This document shows positions 1 through 8,828 of a stretch of DNA of 58,631 bases, piece by piece. The stretch comes from a virus (Duplodnaviria > Caudoviricetes): positions 1-58,631 of the IMG/VR virus record IMGVR_UViG_3300037510_000677; one strand, written 5' to 3'. Made by a program: the position numbers and the translations under genes. Position 1 is the first letter of the stretch; every line of letters begins with the position of its first letter. The notes below the pieces were generated by a model. That model was not told the DNA's origin. It made no database searches and saw only the letters and a list, made by a program, of their open reading frames with translations.

Positions 1-133
1 TCAAGATAAAGGTACTGTTTATTACGATTGGGAAAAGTATTGCGATGACCAATATGACAAAGTCAGGATTCCTTTTAAAAACATCATGGATGCAGTTGGT
101 TGGACATGGCAGCTAAATCCTGGGGAATACAGG
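1..133 (+). repeat. Terminal direct repeat, left copy
   Basis: Identical to 58499-58631 except position 127 (A vs C). Confidence 0.97.
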
Positions 134-137
134 CCTG

Positions 138-383
138 ATGTTGAAAGTTAATAAGGGGAAATGCATTCTGGCATATAACCCATGCGTGAGCTTTTATGAT
201 GCATGGGCTATAAGCTATGGAGATGAATGCCTTTCCTGCATGGAAAAGTTTTTTAAATCTGAGGATAATAGTTTTGAATATTATTGGAATAAAATCATGA
301 GTGACATCAATTATGGACAATTGAAAAGCGCTCACTTTATTCTTTGCTTGCTTATTGAGCAAAAGCGAAATAATAAAGCATGA
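138..383 (+). CDS. Small hypothetical protein, cassette subfamily A
   Basis: Paralogue of 625..855 (CxxCMExF...FEYYWxKIxSD...AHFIL..LIE). Confidence 0.75.
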   Translation: MLKVNKGKCILAYNPCVSFYDAWAISYGDECLSCMEKFFKSEDNSFEYYWNKIMSDINYGQLKSAHFILCLLIEQKRNNKA

Positions 384-625
384 CAAGCATTAATTGGGTT
401 GGAGAAATTTTAGACACGTTAGTAAGTTTATCCAGTAAATACGGCAGATGGTTAAATGTTAAAGGGAGAAGACTTAGCTTTGCCATTTGGACAATCTGTT
501 GTATTTACTGGTCAATCAGGAATTTTAAATTGGACTTATATTCTCAAGCCCTATTTTGTCTCTTTTCTGTTGGTATTAATATTTATGGTTACTTCCATTG
601 GAAAAATAAAGGTATTGGGCAATAA
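380..625 (+). CDS. Small PnuC-like membrane protein
   Basis: Three hydrophobic segments; G-x-WLN...F-x-IW...INIYGYFHWK pattern; ATGA-coupled. Confidence 0.65.
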   Translation: MTSINWVGEILDTLVSLSSKYGRWLNVKGRRLSFAIWTICCIYWSIRNFKLDLYSQALFCLFSVGINIYGYFHWKNKGIGQ

Positions 626-855
626 TGAAGGCTAATGAAGAGTGTGAGTGGACATCAGGTTGCAACTATCTATGTAAAGATTTCTCAAATGCATGGCCTG
701 TTTCATGCTTTAAATGCATGGAAATCTTTATATATGAAGGAGACCACGATTTTGAATATTATTGGGGTAAAATAAAATCAGATTTTTCTAGATCTCTTTA
801 TAAAGATGCTCATTTTATTCTTCGAAAACTTATTGAAAGAGAAAGAAACAAATGA
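625..855 (+). CDS. Small hypothetical protein, cassette subfamily A
   Basis: Paralogue of 138..383. Confidence 0.75.
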   Translation: MKANEECEWTSGCNYLCKDFSNAWPVSCFKCMEIFIYEGDHDFEYYWGKIKSDFSRSLYKDAHFILRKLIERERNK

Positions 856-897
856 TAGCATGAAGGGTAATTTTACGTAAAATTCAAGGAGAATAGT

Positions 898-1281
898 ATG
901 AAAAGTTTTCAAGGTCACCAGGGAGATGTTTTCTTCCAAGACGTAACCCATGACAGCCATTTTTTAGACTTTATGGCTGGCGGATTGGGCGGATTAGAAT
1001 TAGTAAAGCCAGATGAGGATGGGCAAACCACGATCGTAAAGGGGGAAGCCACCCATCACCATCATCGGGCGCAATGTACTACCTATGAAGCTGCTAACAT
1101 GGGTAATTTTCAAGCATTTATTTGTGATGCTAACGAAGATGTTCATTTAGAGCATTATCATATGACTAAGAAGAAGCCGACGGGTGAACATAGCGTTGTG
1201 CCGTGGAAGAAAGCTAAGTACCTTGTTAGAACCCAACAACAAGCGGACTTAGAGGGTAATTTGTTTCCGGTCACTGATTAA
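898..1281 (+). CDS. Conserved His-rich phage protein (QGDV...GEATxHxH...EH family)
   Basis: HQGDV, GEATHHHH, EH and YLVRTQ motifs; AGGAG RBS. Confidence 0.8.
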   Translation: MKSFQGHQGDVFFQDVTHDSHFLDFMAGGLGGLELVKPDEDGQTTIVKGEATHHHHRAQCTTYEAANMGNFQAFICDANEDVHLEHYHMTKKKPTGEHSVVPWKKAKYLVRTQQQADLEGNLFPVTD

Positions 1282-1293
1282 TTTTTAGACACT

Positions 1294-1328
1294 AACCGCT
1301 GTTATTAGATAGGTAATAGCGGCGGTTA
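1294..1328 (+). terminator. Hairpin, possible terminator
   Basis: AACCGCTGTTATT...TAATAGCGGCGGTT imperfect inverted repeat after 898..1281. Confidence 0.4.
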
Positions 1329-1712
1329 ATGTTTTGGTGCTTTATGTCTTCTGATTTAAATAATCAACAAAAGAATGAAAATCAAATCATTAAAGATTTA
1401 TCTGCTGCTCAACGAGAAGAGATAGTTAAAGCGACAATGAGGTTTTCTTTTGGTAGTTCTAATTTTCCGGGGGCTTCGTTTAGACCTGGCTTAGCAGCTA
1501 TTTTTGGCAGAATTGGCATTGGCATTGGCAGAAGAAGAAAACGAAAACCAGGAGAAGTAGATTTTAATTTTGGTCACGGACATCCTTTAAACAGCGAAAG
1601 TTACAAAGAATTAAAAGATAAAATTAAAGATAAAATTTTTGCTGAAATTCAAAGGCCAACGCTTATTAGATGGTTTAAGAAAATATTATGCAAAGCAAAG
1701 AAAATCCTATAG
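1329..1712 (+). CDS. Cassette protein (subfamily B) carrying capsid-like peptides
   Basis: GHPL..SYKELKDKIKDKI helix; KATMRFSFGSSNF and RPGLAAIFG resemble the capsid termini; start may be 1344. Confidence 0.75.
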   Translation: MFWCFMSSDLNNQQKNENQIIKDLSAAQREEIVKATMRFSFGSSNFPGASFRPGLAAIFGRIGIGIGRRRKRKPGEVDFNFGHGHPLNSESYKELKDKIKDKIFAEIQRPTLIRWFKKILCKAKKIL

Positions 1713-1897
1713 TTTTTGATAGAATTATAGCTTCTGATATTGATGTGCGTTTTAAATTTTATTTTATTTCCCAAAATGAGTCAGCAGATATTGGCAGGTA
1801 CTTTAATCTTGAAGGGTATTTATGGTCTGATTTTAACAGCTGGAAAGAGCTTAAAGATAGAATCATTCAAGAAGTTCTTAAGAAAAATGCAAAGTAA
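1688..1897 (+). CDS. Small cassette protein, subfamily B
   Basis: EGYLWSDFNSWKELKDRII; N-terminus MQSKxxPI shared with the next gene. Confidence 0.75.
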   Translation: MQSKENPIVFDRIIASDIDVRFKFYFISQNESADIGRYFNLEGYLWSDFNSWKELKDRIIQEVLKKNAK

Positions 1898-2159
1898 AAA
1901 GCATCCCATAATGTATGATGAGTATGATGAGGTTATATTATTTTTTACTGGAACATTCTTTTATTTTGTCTCCTCGCAAAAAAATCTGTCAGATAATTAT
2001 AAGTATATTTGCATTGAAGGACATTTTCTGTCTGATTTTAAAGATTGGAAAGAATTTAAAGACAGAATCATACATTTTTATAAGATTTACCGCTTAAAAA
2101 TGATAAGAAAAATGTTGTTTTATCAGCTGTCTTTTGTTTATTTTTGCGCAGGTTACTGA
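1887..2159 (+). CDS. Small cassette protein, subfamily B
   Basis: Start re-called at ATG 1887 (MQSKKHPI); EGHFLSDFKDWKEFKDRII. Confidence 0.75.
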   Translation: MQSKKHPIMYDEYDEVILFFTGTFFYFVSSQKNLSDNYKYICIEGHFLSDFKDWKEFKDRIIHFYKIYRLKMIRKMLFYQLSFVYFCAGY

Positions 2160-2160
2160 A

Positions 2161-2376
2161 ATGAAAATTGAAGAAAAGCCATATTTTATAGACAGAATGA
2201 ATATGTGGTCATCAGGGACAATTATTTTTCTCTGTTCGCAAAATATGTCAGACTATCTTTTATATGCATCCCACGATGTAAAAGAATTCCCTCTTGAATA
2301 TATATTCAACGATCTTAAATCGCTAAAAAATAAAATCTTAAACAATTATATTCAAAAAATTAACCATGAAAAATGA
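2161..2376 (+). CDS. Small cassette protein, subfamily B
   Basis: Start re-called at ATG 2161; FNDLKSLKNKIL helix. Confidence 0.65.
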   Translation: MKIEEKPYFIDRMNMWSSGTIIFLCSQNMSDYLLYASHDVKEFPLEYIFNDLKSLKNKILNNYIQKINHEK

Positions 2377-2569
2377 AGAATTTTATAACGTAAATAGAGT
2401 GACTTTATTTTCTACAAGATTTATTTTTTACGGCGACGTAGACGGCAACGTATTTCATCGCACCAATCTGCCGTTTAGCCATCCTTTTGGCGACTTTTGT
2501 GGCACTTTTAAATCAATAAAGGATAGAATAGTAAAAGAAATGCTAACGCGGAATAACCTCAATCCTTGA
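2366..2569 (+). CDS. Small cassette protein, subfamily B
   Basis: HPFGDF..TFKSIKDRIV helix. Confidence 0.7.
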   Translation: MKNEEFYNVNRVTLFSTRFIFYGDVDGNVFHRTNLPFSHPFGDFCGTFKSIKDRIVKEMLTRNNLNP

Positions 2570-2719
2570 AGTATAAACAATCGAAGAGGAATCAGAAGAA
2601 TAATTCTGCTCGATAACCACGGGAGTTTGCCCGTATAACTTTGTTTGAGTGAAAGGCTTATTTTTATGACAGCCTGAAATTAAAATACAAAAAAATATCA
2701 ACAAAATAAGCCTTTTCAT
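2543..2719 (-). CDS. Small lipoprotein, 58 aa (not in ORF track)
   Basis: MKRLILLIFFCILISGC lipobox; GAGGA RBS. Confidence 0.7.
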   Translation of the reverse strand: MKRLILLIFFCILISGCHKNKPFTQTKLYGQTPVVIEQNYSSDSSSIVYTSRIEVIPR

Positions 2720-2728
2720 GCTTTATCC

Positions 2729-3082
2729 TCATTCAGTATAAGGTGGTGGTGGATTTTGAACGTTATTTCGATTGTTTAATCGAGCATTAACGCGGTTACT
2801 GGTCTTACTGGTATTGTTGGTAACGTTTTGGTTTGATGTATTTTTGCCAGGGAAATTTAAGTTTAACTTAGGCCCTCCGGTTGGGACTGGCGCAGACAAG
2901 TTAATATTTTGGCTGTCATCGGCATCATGGGATTGCCTTACATCAATAGGGACAATCAAATGCTGATTGACGCGATGGTATTCTGGGCCGTTATGAATAT
3001 GTTGCGGTGCTTTTTTACAGCCAGACACCAAACCTAGCGAAGTTAATAAAAGGACTGCTGTTTTATTAATTGTCATTTTCAT
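2729..3082 (-). CDS. Lipoprotein, Asn/Pro-rich
   Basis: MKMTINKTAVLLLTSLGLVSGC lipobox; AAGGAG RBS suits ATG 3076; ends PPPPYTE. Confidence 0.7.
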   Translation of the reverse strand: MKMTINKTAVLLLTSLGLVSGCKKAPQHIHNGPEYHRVNQHLIVPIDVRQSHDADDSQNINLSAPVPTGGPKLNLNFPGKNTSNQNVTNNTSKTSNRVNARLNNRNNVQNPPPPYTE

Positions 3083-3110
3083 CTCCTTTGGGTTTACGTT
3101 TTTAATAATT

Positions 3111-4829
3111 TTATCCATTAAAGTTAACTGGGCCGAAAAACTGCACATAAACGGTAGTAAAATCCGTTAAGGTGCTTGTCATGTTATAGGTAGTAACCTG
3201 GCAAGTGGCAGCATCCGTAATGGTTAGGGGGCCTATAATACCAAGTGCTCCCGATACTCCACCATTAACACCATAACTATCGATTGTAAACCCCGTTGCA
3301 AAAACTATTTCATACGTTCCAACTCCTGTTCTGGTAACGGACGTAATATTTGAATCCTGTATAATTGCCCCAGTATCTCCTGCAAAAACCACCCAAGCGT
3401 TTGGGATGGTAGCTGCTGTTATCCCACGGGAGGCAACCGTTGAGCTAAAGTTTAAATTGTAAGCGCCATCTGATAGCACTAACGCCCCTGCTGTTCCATC
3501 GCTGGTTGGTAAATCCCAGATATTATTAATGTTTGTGCGGGTAGAGGTAAACCCCCCATAATTTGCATTATTAACCGTGGAGACTCTAAGGCTATTGCCT
3601 GCCAAAATTGCGAAAGTGTCAGCGCATTGAACTTCCCCGGTGCCAGGGTTATTGGTATTAGCGTCTAACACTAGGTTGGTGGCTTGAGTTGAAATCGTTT
3701 GGTTATCAACGACCCCGATTTGAATGTAAGAGCCAATGTTACCCGCTGACAAGGATTTAGCCAGCGTTAGATTCCCCTCATCATCCACTTGGACGACGCT
3801 TGCAATGATCGTGCCCCCAGCATTCGCAAATTTCGCTAATTCATTTTCAGCAAACACCCCAGAGGTCGTTGCGCTGTTAATCCATTGTAGTTGACCGCCA
3901 GTCGTTTGAGCGCTTAAAACTTGCCCTGCTAACGGTTGCGCTAACGGCCACGTTAAGCCCAAATTAAAATTAATGTTCCCCGTTGCAAGGCTTATAAAGT
4001 TAGTATTGTTGGTGGCCATAAACCTGACAGCATCGCCAGAATTCACCTGCAAGGGAGAGTCTATAATCACATTGCCAGCATTAGGGTGAATCGTAAGATT
4101 GCTTCCCGTAATGGAAGACAAGGTCGTGCCGCTTAGCAACATGCTACCTGCTTGTACCGACGTAACAATTTGCACCGCTGGCACCAAGCCAATCTGAATA
4201 TTGCCGCCAGCACCCGTAGGGTTCGTAACTTGAATTTGATTGTTAGTGCCAACGATTTGTCTTAATTCCCAAGTGTCTGTGGCTGTTCTGGCTGCCAACC
4301 CAACCTCTGTCCCAAAATCTATTAAAGCCCCCAAATCCCCCCTAAAAGTAAAGGTAAAGGTGCCAGAAGAGGTAATAGGACTACCCTCTATATCCAAATT
4401 ATCAAAAGAATTATCATCGCCTGTCTCAGCTGCAACAGAAGTGACAGCCGTAAAGCCTCCACCCCAAGGGTTTACAATCCATTGTCCGCCAGCCGTAGTA
4501 TTATCAGTTAGAATAAAATACCCTATCGAAGGGCCAACCACCGTAGAAATCACATTGCCTTCATTGTCCAATAAATCAAAATCACGGTTAGACGGATTGT
4601 CGGCAATAAAAGATTGTCCAACGGACGTATTGGTCGCATCAGGCATTGTCACCGTCAAATTATCTACCGTTGGCGATATCCTCATGTAGGAAGAAACCAC
4701 GTTATTGCCATTCTGAAAATCAGTCGGCCATGATAAAGTGATGTCTTCAGAGAGCTCTATCGATTGATAGCTGATATAGGCAGGATAAACAATTTGTCCG
4801 CCGAAAACTTCAGTATAGGAATTTGACAA
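3111..4829 (-). CDS. Tail fibre / virion structural protein
   Basis: Gly/Thr/Asn-rich; LPxxDG..G.VL..DG modules; C-terminal AWVxF...SVTRTGVGTYxIxF domain. Confidence 0.75.
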   Translation of the reverse strand: MSNSYTEVFGGQIVYPAYISYQSIELSEDITLSWPTDFQNGNNVVSSYMRISPTVDNLTVTMPDATNTSVGQSFIADNPSNRDFDLLDNEGNVISTVVGPSIGYFILTDNTTAGGQWIVNPWGGGFTAVTSVAAETGDDNSFDNLDIEGSPITSSGTFTFTFRGDLGALIDFGTEVGLAARTATDTWELRQIVGTNNQIQVTNPTGAGGNIQIGLVPAVQIVTSVQAGSMLLSGTTLSSITGSNLTIHPNAGNVIIDSPLQVNSGDAVRFMATNNTNFISLATGNINFNLGLTWPLAQPLAGQVLSAQTTGGQLQWINSATTSGVFAENELAKFANAGGTIIASVVQVDDEGNLTLAKSLSAGNIGSYIQIGVVDNQTISTQATNLVLDANTNNPGTGEVQCADTFAILAGNSLRVSTVNNANYGGFTSTRTNINNIWDLPTSDGTAGALVLSDGAYNLNFSSTVASRGITAATIPNAWVVFAGDTGAIIQDSNITSVTRTGVGTYEIVFATGFTIDSYGVNGGVSGALGIIGPLTITDAATCQVTTYNMTSTLTDFTTVYVQFFGPVNFNG

Positions 4830-4932
4830 ACTAATAACCTCAGTTTGCCAACGGTTCGGCGGTAACCCGAATCCTTAGTTTATCCTAACGCTCTTTAGGG
4901 TTCCATGGATTAAAGCATTACAGGAGAGAAAA

Positions 4933-5472
4933 GTGGATAATAGTGTTCTTAATGTTATTTATGTCGTCGCCATGGGTATCGTCTGTATTGGTTTTGGGGT
5001 AGCGCTTGGGATTACCTATAAGAATAGAAAATTTCTTAAAGAGCAGGAAAGTTTTATCTCGTTTCCAAAAGCGATTAACGTGATTGAAAAAAAATCAAAA
5101 TGGCTGGATAACCCGGAGCATCTAGCGGTAGCTAAAAGTTTAGGGATTCAAGCAGACCTTTACATGACCAATTATTTCCTTGAAAACTACCTAAACGGTC
5201 TTTTGTATGCGGACAAATCAACCGACCACGTCCTAGAAAAAGGATTGCAGGTGACTTTACCTATCTATGGTAAATGGGACAGGTGGCATAAAGATTATAC
5301 TGGCGTGCAAAGTTATGAAAGGGGAAAATCTGTCTACTTTTTTAACATCCGGATAAAAAAACGGCATCTTGACCGCATTTTAGAAGACATTGAAATGAAT
5401 ATAACGACTAACTATCATTCATGGGAATCTAAAGCTTCTAAAAATTTAGCCAAGGTTCCACAAAGAACTTAA
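4933..5472 (+). CDS. Membrane-anchored hypothetical protein, antisense to the virion operon
   Basis: Single N-terminal TM helix; AGGAG RBS before GTG. Confidence 0.7.
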   Translation: MDNSVLNVIYVVAMGIVCIGFGVALGITYKNRKFLKEQESFISFPKAINVIEKKSKWLDNPEHLAVAKSLGIQADLYMTNYFLENYLNGLLYADKSTDHVLEKGLQVTLPIYGKWDRWHKDYTGVQSYERGKSVYFFNIRIKKRHLDRILEDIEMNITTNYHSWESKASKNLAKVPQRT

Positions 5473-7709
5473 TCTTTGCGCTCTTTTTGTTTAGAGGAAT
5501 CTTTGGCGGTTAAAGCGGCTGCTGGGATAAGGGAGCGTTTTGTAGATTTTTCTGCATCTTCTACAATTTTTTTCATAAAGCGGTCAAATTCAACCTGACT
5601 TTTGAAGTTAGTTTTAAGCATTTTTTTAGCCAACTCTTTATCCATTAAAGCCTCGCTTAAGATATCCATCATGGTATCAGCTCTTCTATTTAACCAATCT
5701 TCCATGTATTGGGTAGCAGGGCTTGGTTTACTTCTGGCTAATTTAACCAGGTGAGTTTTAGGGTTTAAGGTTAAGCCTTTTTCGTTTTCAAATTTAAATT
5801 CACGCCTTAATTGGTCAAGGCTTCTTAATCTTCCGGCAGTTGCAGAATTAATACCTTCCCCGGTTCTTTTTTCAGAGTGCTGGGTTCTGGCGGCTTTTCT
5901 GACTTCAAGTAAAATCTTCTTTTGCTCTGGGGTTAAGAGATTGGTTAACGCTTGATTATGGGTGTCCATAAAATTTCTTAATTTGGGATAAGAAATTTCT
6001 CTCACCGTTTCTTTTCCGATTTCCTTGGTGGTGGTTATCTTATCGTAGAGGTGTCGCATAGCGCCTTGTCTAATAGATTCCATGGTAGCGCTGTCTTTGC
6101 CTAAAGCTTTTTCTAAAGAAACGATATTTTCGTGTGAGCGCTCATTAAAGATTTCATTCATGATGCGCTTTTGCGGCAACGTATAATGGCCGTGGGACTT
6201 TTCTGCTATTTTCTTTAACGTAGGGTGTTTTTCTATTTCGGAAATGGGGGCTGATAATTCCCGGTAAAGGTTTCGGGTGGCAGCATCTTCGGTGTGCGCT
6301 AAATCTTCGCTCAAGGCCTCTTTGGCTTTTACGTAGAGACGTTTACGGGATGGGACTTTTGCGGTTGCTTCAATTTGCGCGGTTAAGGCTTTTTCTGCCT
6401 CAACTAATCTTCCAACGGTTGGGTAATAGCCTTCTGGTCTTGGATGGTCTTTTTCCCATTCCGTCATAATTCTTTTACGGGCATCTATTCCGTGCTCTTT
6501 TATTCTTTCTTTTTGGGCATTACGCGCGTTTATCCAGCGCTTTAATTCTGCTTTGTCTTTTGCCTTTAAGACAGGGTTTGTTTGTTTTTGGATATATTCG
6601 ATATCAGAGCGCAATTTCCCGGCAACGTTCTTGTTTTCTTCTAAAAATTTCTTTAAATTTTTAAGCTTAACTTCTGATTTATCTTTTCTTAATCTTTCAT
6701 AACTTTCTTCAACGGCCGATTGTCTTTTTTGTTTTAGCTCTCCTACCCTGGATTCAATGCCTTTTCGAATTGTTTCATTGTTTTCAAAGCTTTCTGTTTT
6801 AGCGCCACTTTTTCGTAAATGTTTGTTAAGTTTTCTGGTTTGGGTTTCGCTAAATTTTGGTAGTTGTGAGGCCATGTCTTCATATTGCAAACGATGAAGG
6901 TGGGATAACACAGGGCTTCTCGTTTCCCCAGCGGTTGAAGTAACAAAACCTGTTTTAGGAAAAGATTTAGGCTTTTCAAGGGCTGCAAGAGCTTCTAAGC
7001 GCTCTTCTTCAGGAAGATACTTTTGTAAAACTTCTGCCACTTCCTTTTGTTCTCGGGTTAGCCCGCTTTTATCTAATCCAACCTTTTGTTGAAGGGAGGT
7101 TGGGAGGGTTTTCTTTAAAGCGCCTTTAGCCGCTCTTCCAGCCGCTTTTGCAGCGATTGGCGCACCAATCCCTAATCCTAATGTTGCAACATCTGCCGCG
7201 AGCGGCGAAACGCCTGCCTGCTCTTGAAGAGCGCCGCTGGTAAGGCCGGCGGCGCCTGCTCTGGCGGCACTTGCCGCAATAGCAGCTGGCCCGCTAAAAG
7301 CCGATAATAATCCGGCGGGGGCGGCTCTTAAGCCGTGGCCTAATACTTTCATACCAGGGGTTTCGGCTTCTTGGGTGTCTAAGCCTAATTCTTCAGAGGC
7401 TTCACTTAACGGTCTTGGTCTTTCGCCTCTTAAGCTTTGTGCTTTTTCTGGCATCGCGGGTGCAAATAAGAAAGGAGATTCTTCCCTGGCTTGGAATAAA
7501 TCCGCAAGGCCCAAAGCGCCTTTGGCTAATTGTTCACCAATAAATCTTGATAGGTTAAACTTTTTCTTAGGTTCTTCTACCGATTCTTCTAGAGGTTCAC
7601 CTCTTTTTGCCAATTCCATTTCTAAAGACTCTAAGGAGGGTTCTAAAGATGCTTGGCTTTCACGGCGCATTAATTCTGCTTCTAATTCTTGTAAAGTGGG
7701 GCCGTTCAT
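5469..7709 (-). CDS. Large internal virion / DNA ejection protein
   Basis: 746 aa, helical, central Gly/Ala hydrophobic segment, GINSATA motif, ejection-cluster position. Confidence 0.65.
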   Translation of the reverse strand: MNGPTLQELEAELMRRESQASLEPSLESLEMELAKRGEPLEESVEEPKKKFNLSRFIGEQLAKGALGLADLFQAREESPFLFAPAMPEKAQSLRGERPRPLSEASEELGLDTQEAETPGMKVLGHGLRAAPAGLLSAFSGPAAIAASAARAGAAGLTSGALQEQAGVSPLAADVATLGLGIGAPIAAKAAGRAAKGALKKTLPTSLQQKVGLDKSGLTREQKEVAEVLQKYLPEEERLEALAALEKPKSFPKTGFVTSTAGETRSPVLSHLHRLQYEDMASQLPKFSETQTRKLNKHLRKSGAKTESFENNETIRKGIESRVGELKQKRQSAVEESYERLRKDKSEVKLKNLKKFLEENKNVAGKLRSDIEYIQKQTNPVLKAKDKAELKRWINARNAQKERIKEHGIDARKRIMTEWEKDHPRPEGYYPTVGRLVEAEKALTAQIEATAKVPSRKRLYVKAKEALSEDLAHTEDAATRNLYRELSAPISEIEKHPTLKKIAEKSHGHYTLPQKRIMNEIFNERSHENIVSLEKALGKDSATMESIRQGAMRHLYDKITTTKEIGKETVREISYPKLRNFMDTHNQALTNLLTPEQKKILLEVRKAARTQHSEKRTGEGINSATAGRLRSLDQLRREFKFENEKGLTLNPKTHLVKLARSKPSPATQYMEDWLNRRADTMMDILSEALMDKELAKKMLKTNFKSQVEFDRFMKKIVEDAEKSTKRSLIPAAALTAKDSSKQKERKD

Positions 7710-8828
7710 TTATGCACCTTGCGCTTTTTTAGCTCTTATCATTTCTTTGATTTGCTCGGTTGAATATTGGCTTAAATCTGGGCTAAAAGAAGTTTCTTCC
7801 TCTTCTTCGGGTTCTTCCATTCTTTCTAAATCAACCGGATCAATGAGTCTTCGGTATTTAAGGGTTAAAGAGGTAGCATCATGTTCAGTTTTAATGTGTT
7901 TCTTGATGTCTTCAAGTTTTGCTTTTAAATCAGGTAATCCTTCGTTAATGGAAGGGAGTACTTCTTTTTCTTCAAAGCGTTTTGCCATTCTTTCGCTGAC
8001 AACGCCGCCTTTTAAGGCGCGTTCTATTTCCAGGTTAAATTGTCTTAAAGCAGAATCAAGCTGTTTTCTGGCGGTTCTTTCTTTGGTTAATTTTTTTGAA
8101 CCTGAATAACTTAAAACATCTTTGGCCATATTCGTGTATTTCGAATGCAACGGATTAAAAGGGTCAAAGATACTGTCTTTGCTAAGCTTTTCAAATTCTG
8201 ACAAATGTTTTTCAATATTGCTGATTTCGCTTAAGAGAGAAGCTTCTGCGCGTTTCTTTTGGGTAAATTTTGAATACGATGATTTATCTAAGGGTGGAAG
8301 TTGGTCTAGATAAGCGTTACCCGTTTCAGGGATTTCTTCACCCTTCTTTCTGTCTGCTAATAAATCATGATAGCGTTTAGTTTCTTCAAATCTTTCTCTT
8401 TCAAAATCCATCTCTTCATCGTGACGGGCTTTTCTTTCTTCATAATCCATTAATTTTGCGGCCATATTTTCCCGTCTTTGATTTTCAGAATCAATAGCGG
8501 CTTGGGCATTTTTCATTAAAATATGGTTAATTCTTTGCGCATTATCTTCTTCTTCTTTGTAGGCTTCAGCTGCTGGAAGCAATCCCGGAATCATGCCTTG
8601 GATAGCTCCCCCAAAACCTGTTCCAGGTTCTGGATTTTGTTTATGAGCAAGAAAATTTAGCATGGCGAGTCCGCTTGCGCGTCTGGCTTGCTTGGGGTTC
8701 ATTTGCATGGATTGATGAGCGGCATCAATCCCCGCTTGAGCACCGCTTGAGATGGGGTCTTTGGTGCCTAACATTTCTTGATAGTAGAGGTACTTTTGCA
8801 AGGCAGGTGAGATGTTTTCGTCTATCAA
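7710..8828 (-). CDS. Internal virion / ejection protein
   Basis: Coiled-coil, amphipathic GLAML..GFGGAI segment; position. Confidence 0.6.
   Translation of the reverse strand: MIDENISPALQKYLYYQEMLGTKDPISSGAQAGIDAAHQSMQMNPKQARRASGLAMLNFLAHKQNPEPGTGFGGAIQGMIPGLLPAAEAYKEEEDNAQRINHILMKNAQAAIDSENQRRENMAAKLMDYEERKARHDEEMDFERERFEETKRYHDLLADRKKGEEIPETGNAYLDQLPPLDKSSYSKFTQKKRAEASLLSEISNIEKHLSEFEKLSKDSIFDPFNPLHSKYTNMAKDVLSYSGSKKLTKERTARKQLDSALRQFNLEIERALKGGVVSERMAKRFEEKEVLPSINEGLPDLKAKLEDIKKHIKTEHDATSLTLKYRRLIDPVDLERMEEPEEEEETSFSPDLSQYSTEQIKEMIRAKKAQGA

Noticed and set aside
4830-4932. c-di-GMP-I riboswitch upstream of the fibre gene (GGGTTACCG and GGCAAAC on the minus strand)
   Set aside because: The submotifs are in the wrong order and the required helices cannot be built
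7375-8109. 244-aa plus-strand ORF and similar antisense ORFs (4240..4689, 13816..14232, 29655..29909, 58051..58335)
   Set aside because: Shadow frames of well-supported genes on the opposite strand, with Ser/Leu-rich composition typical of antisense translation
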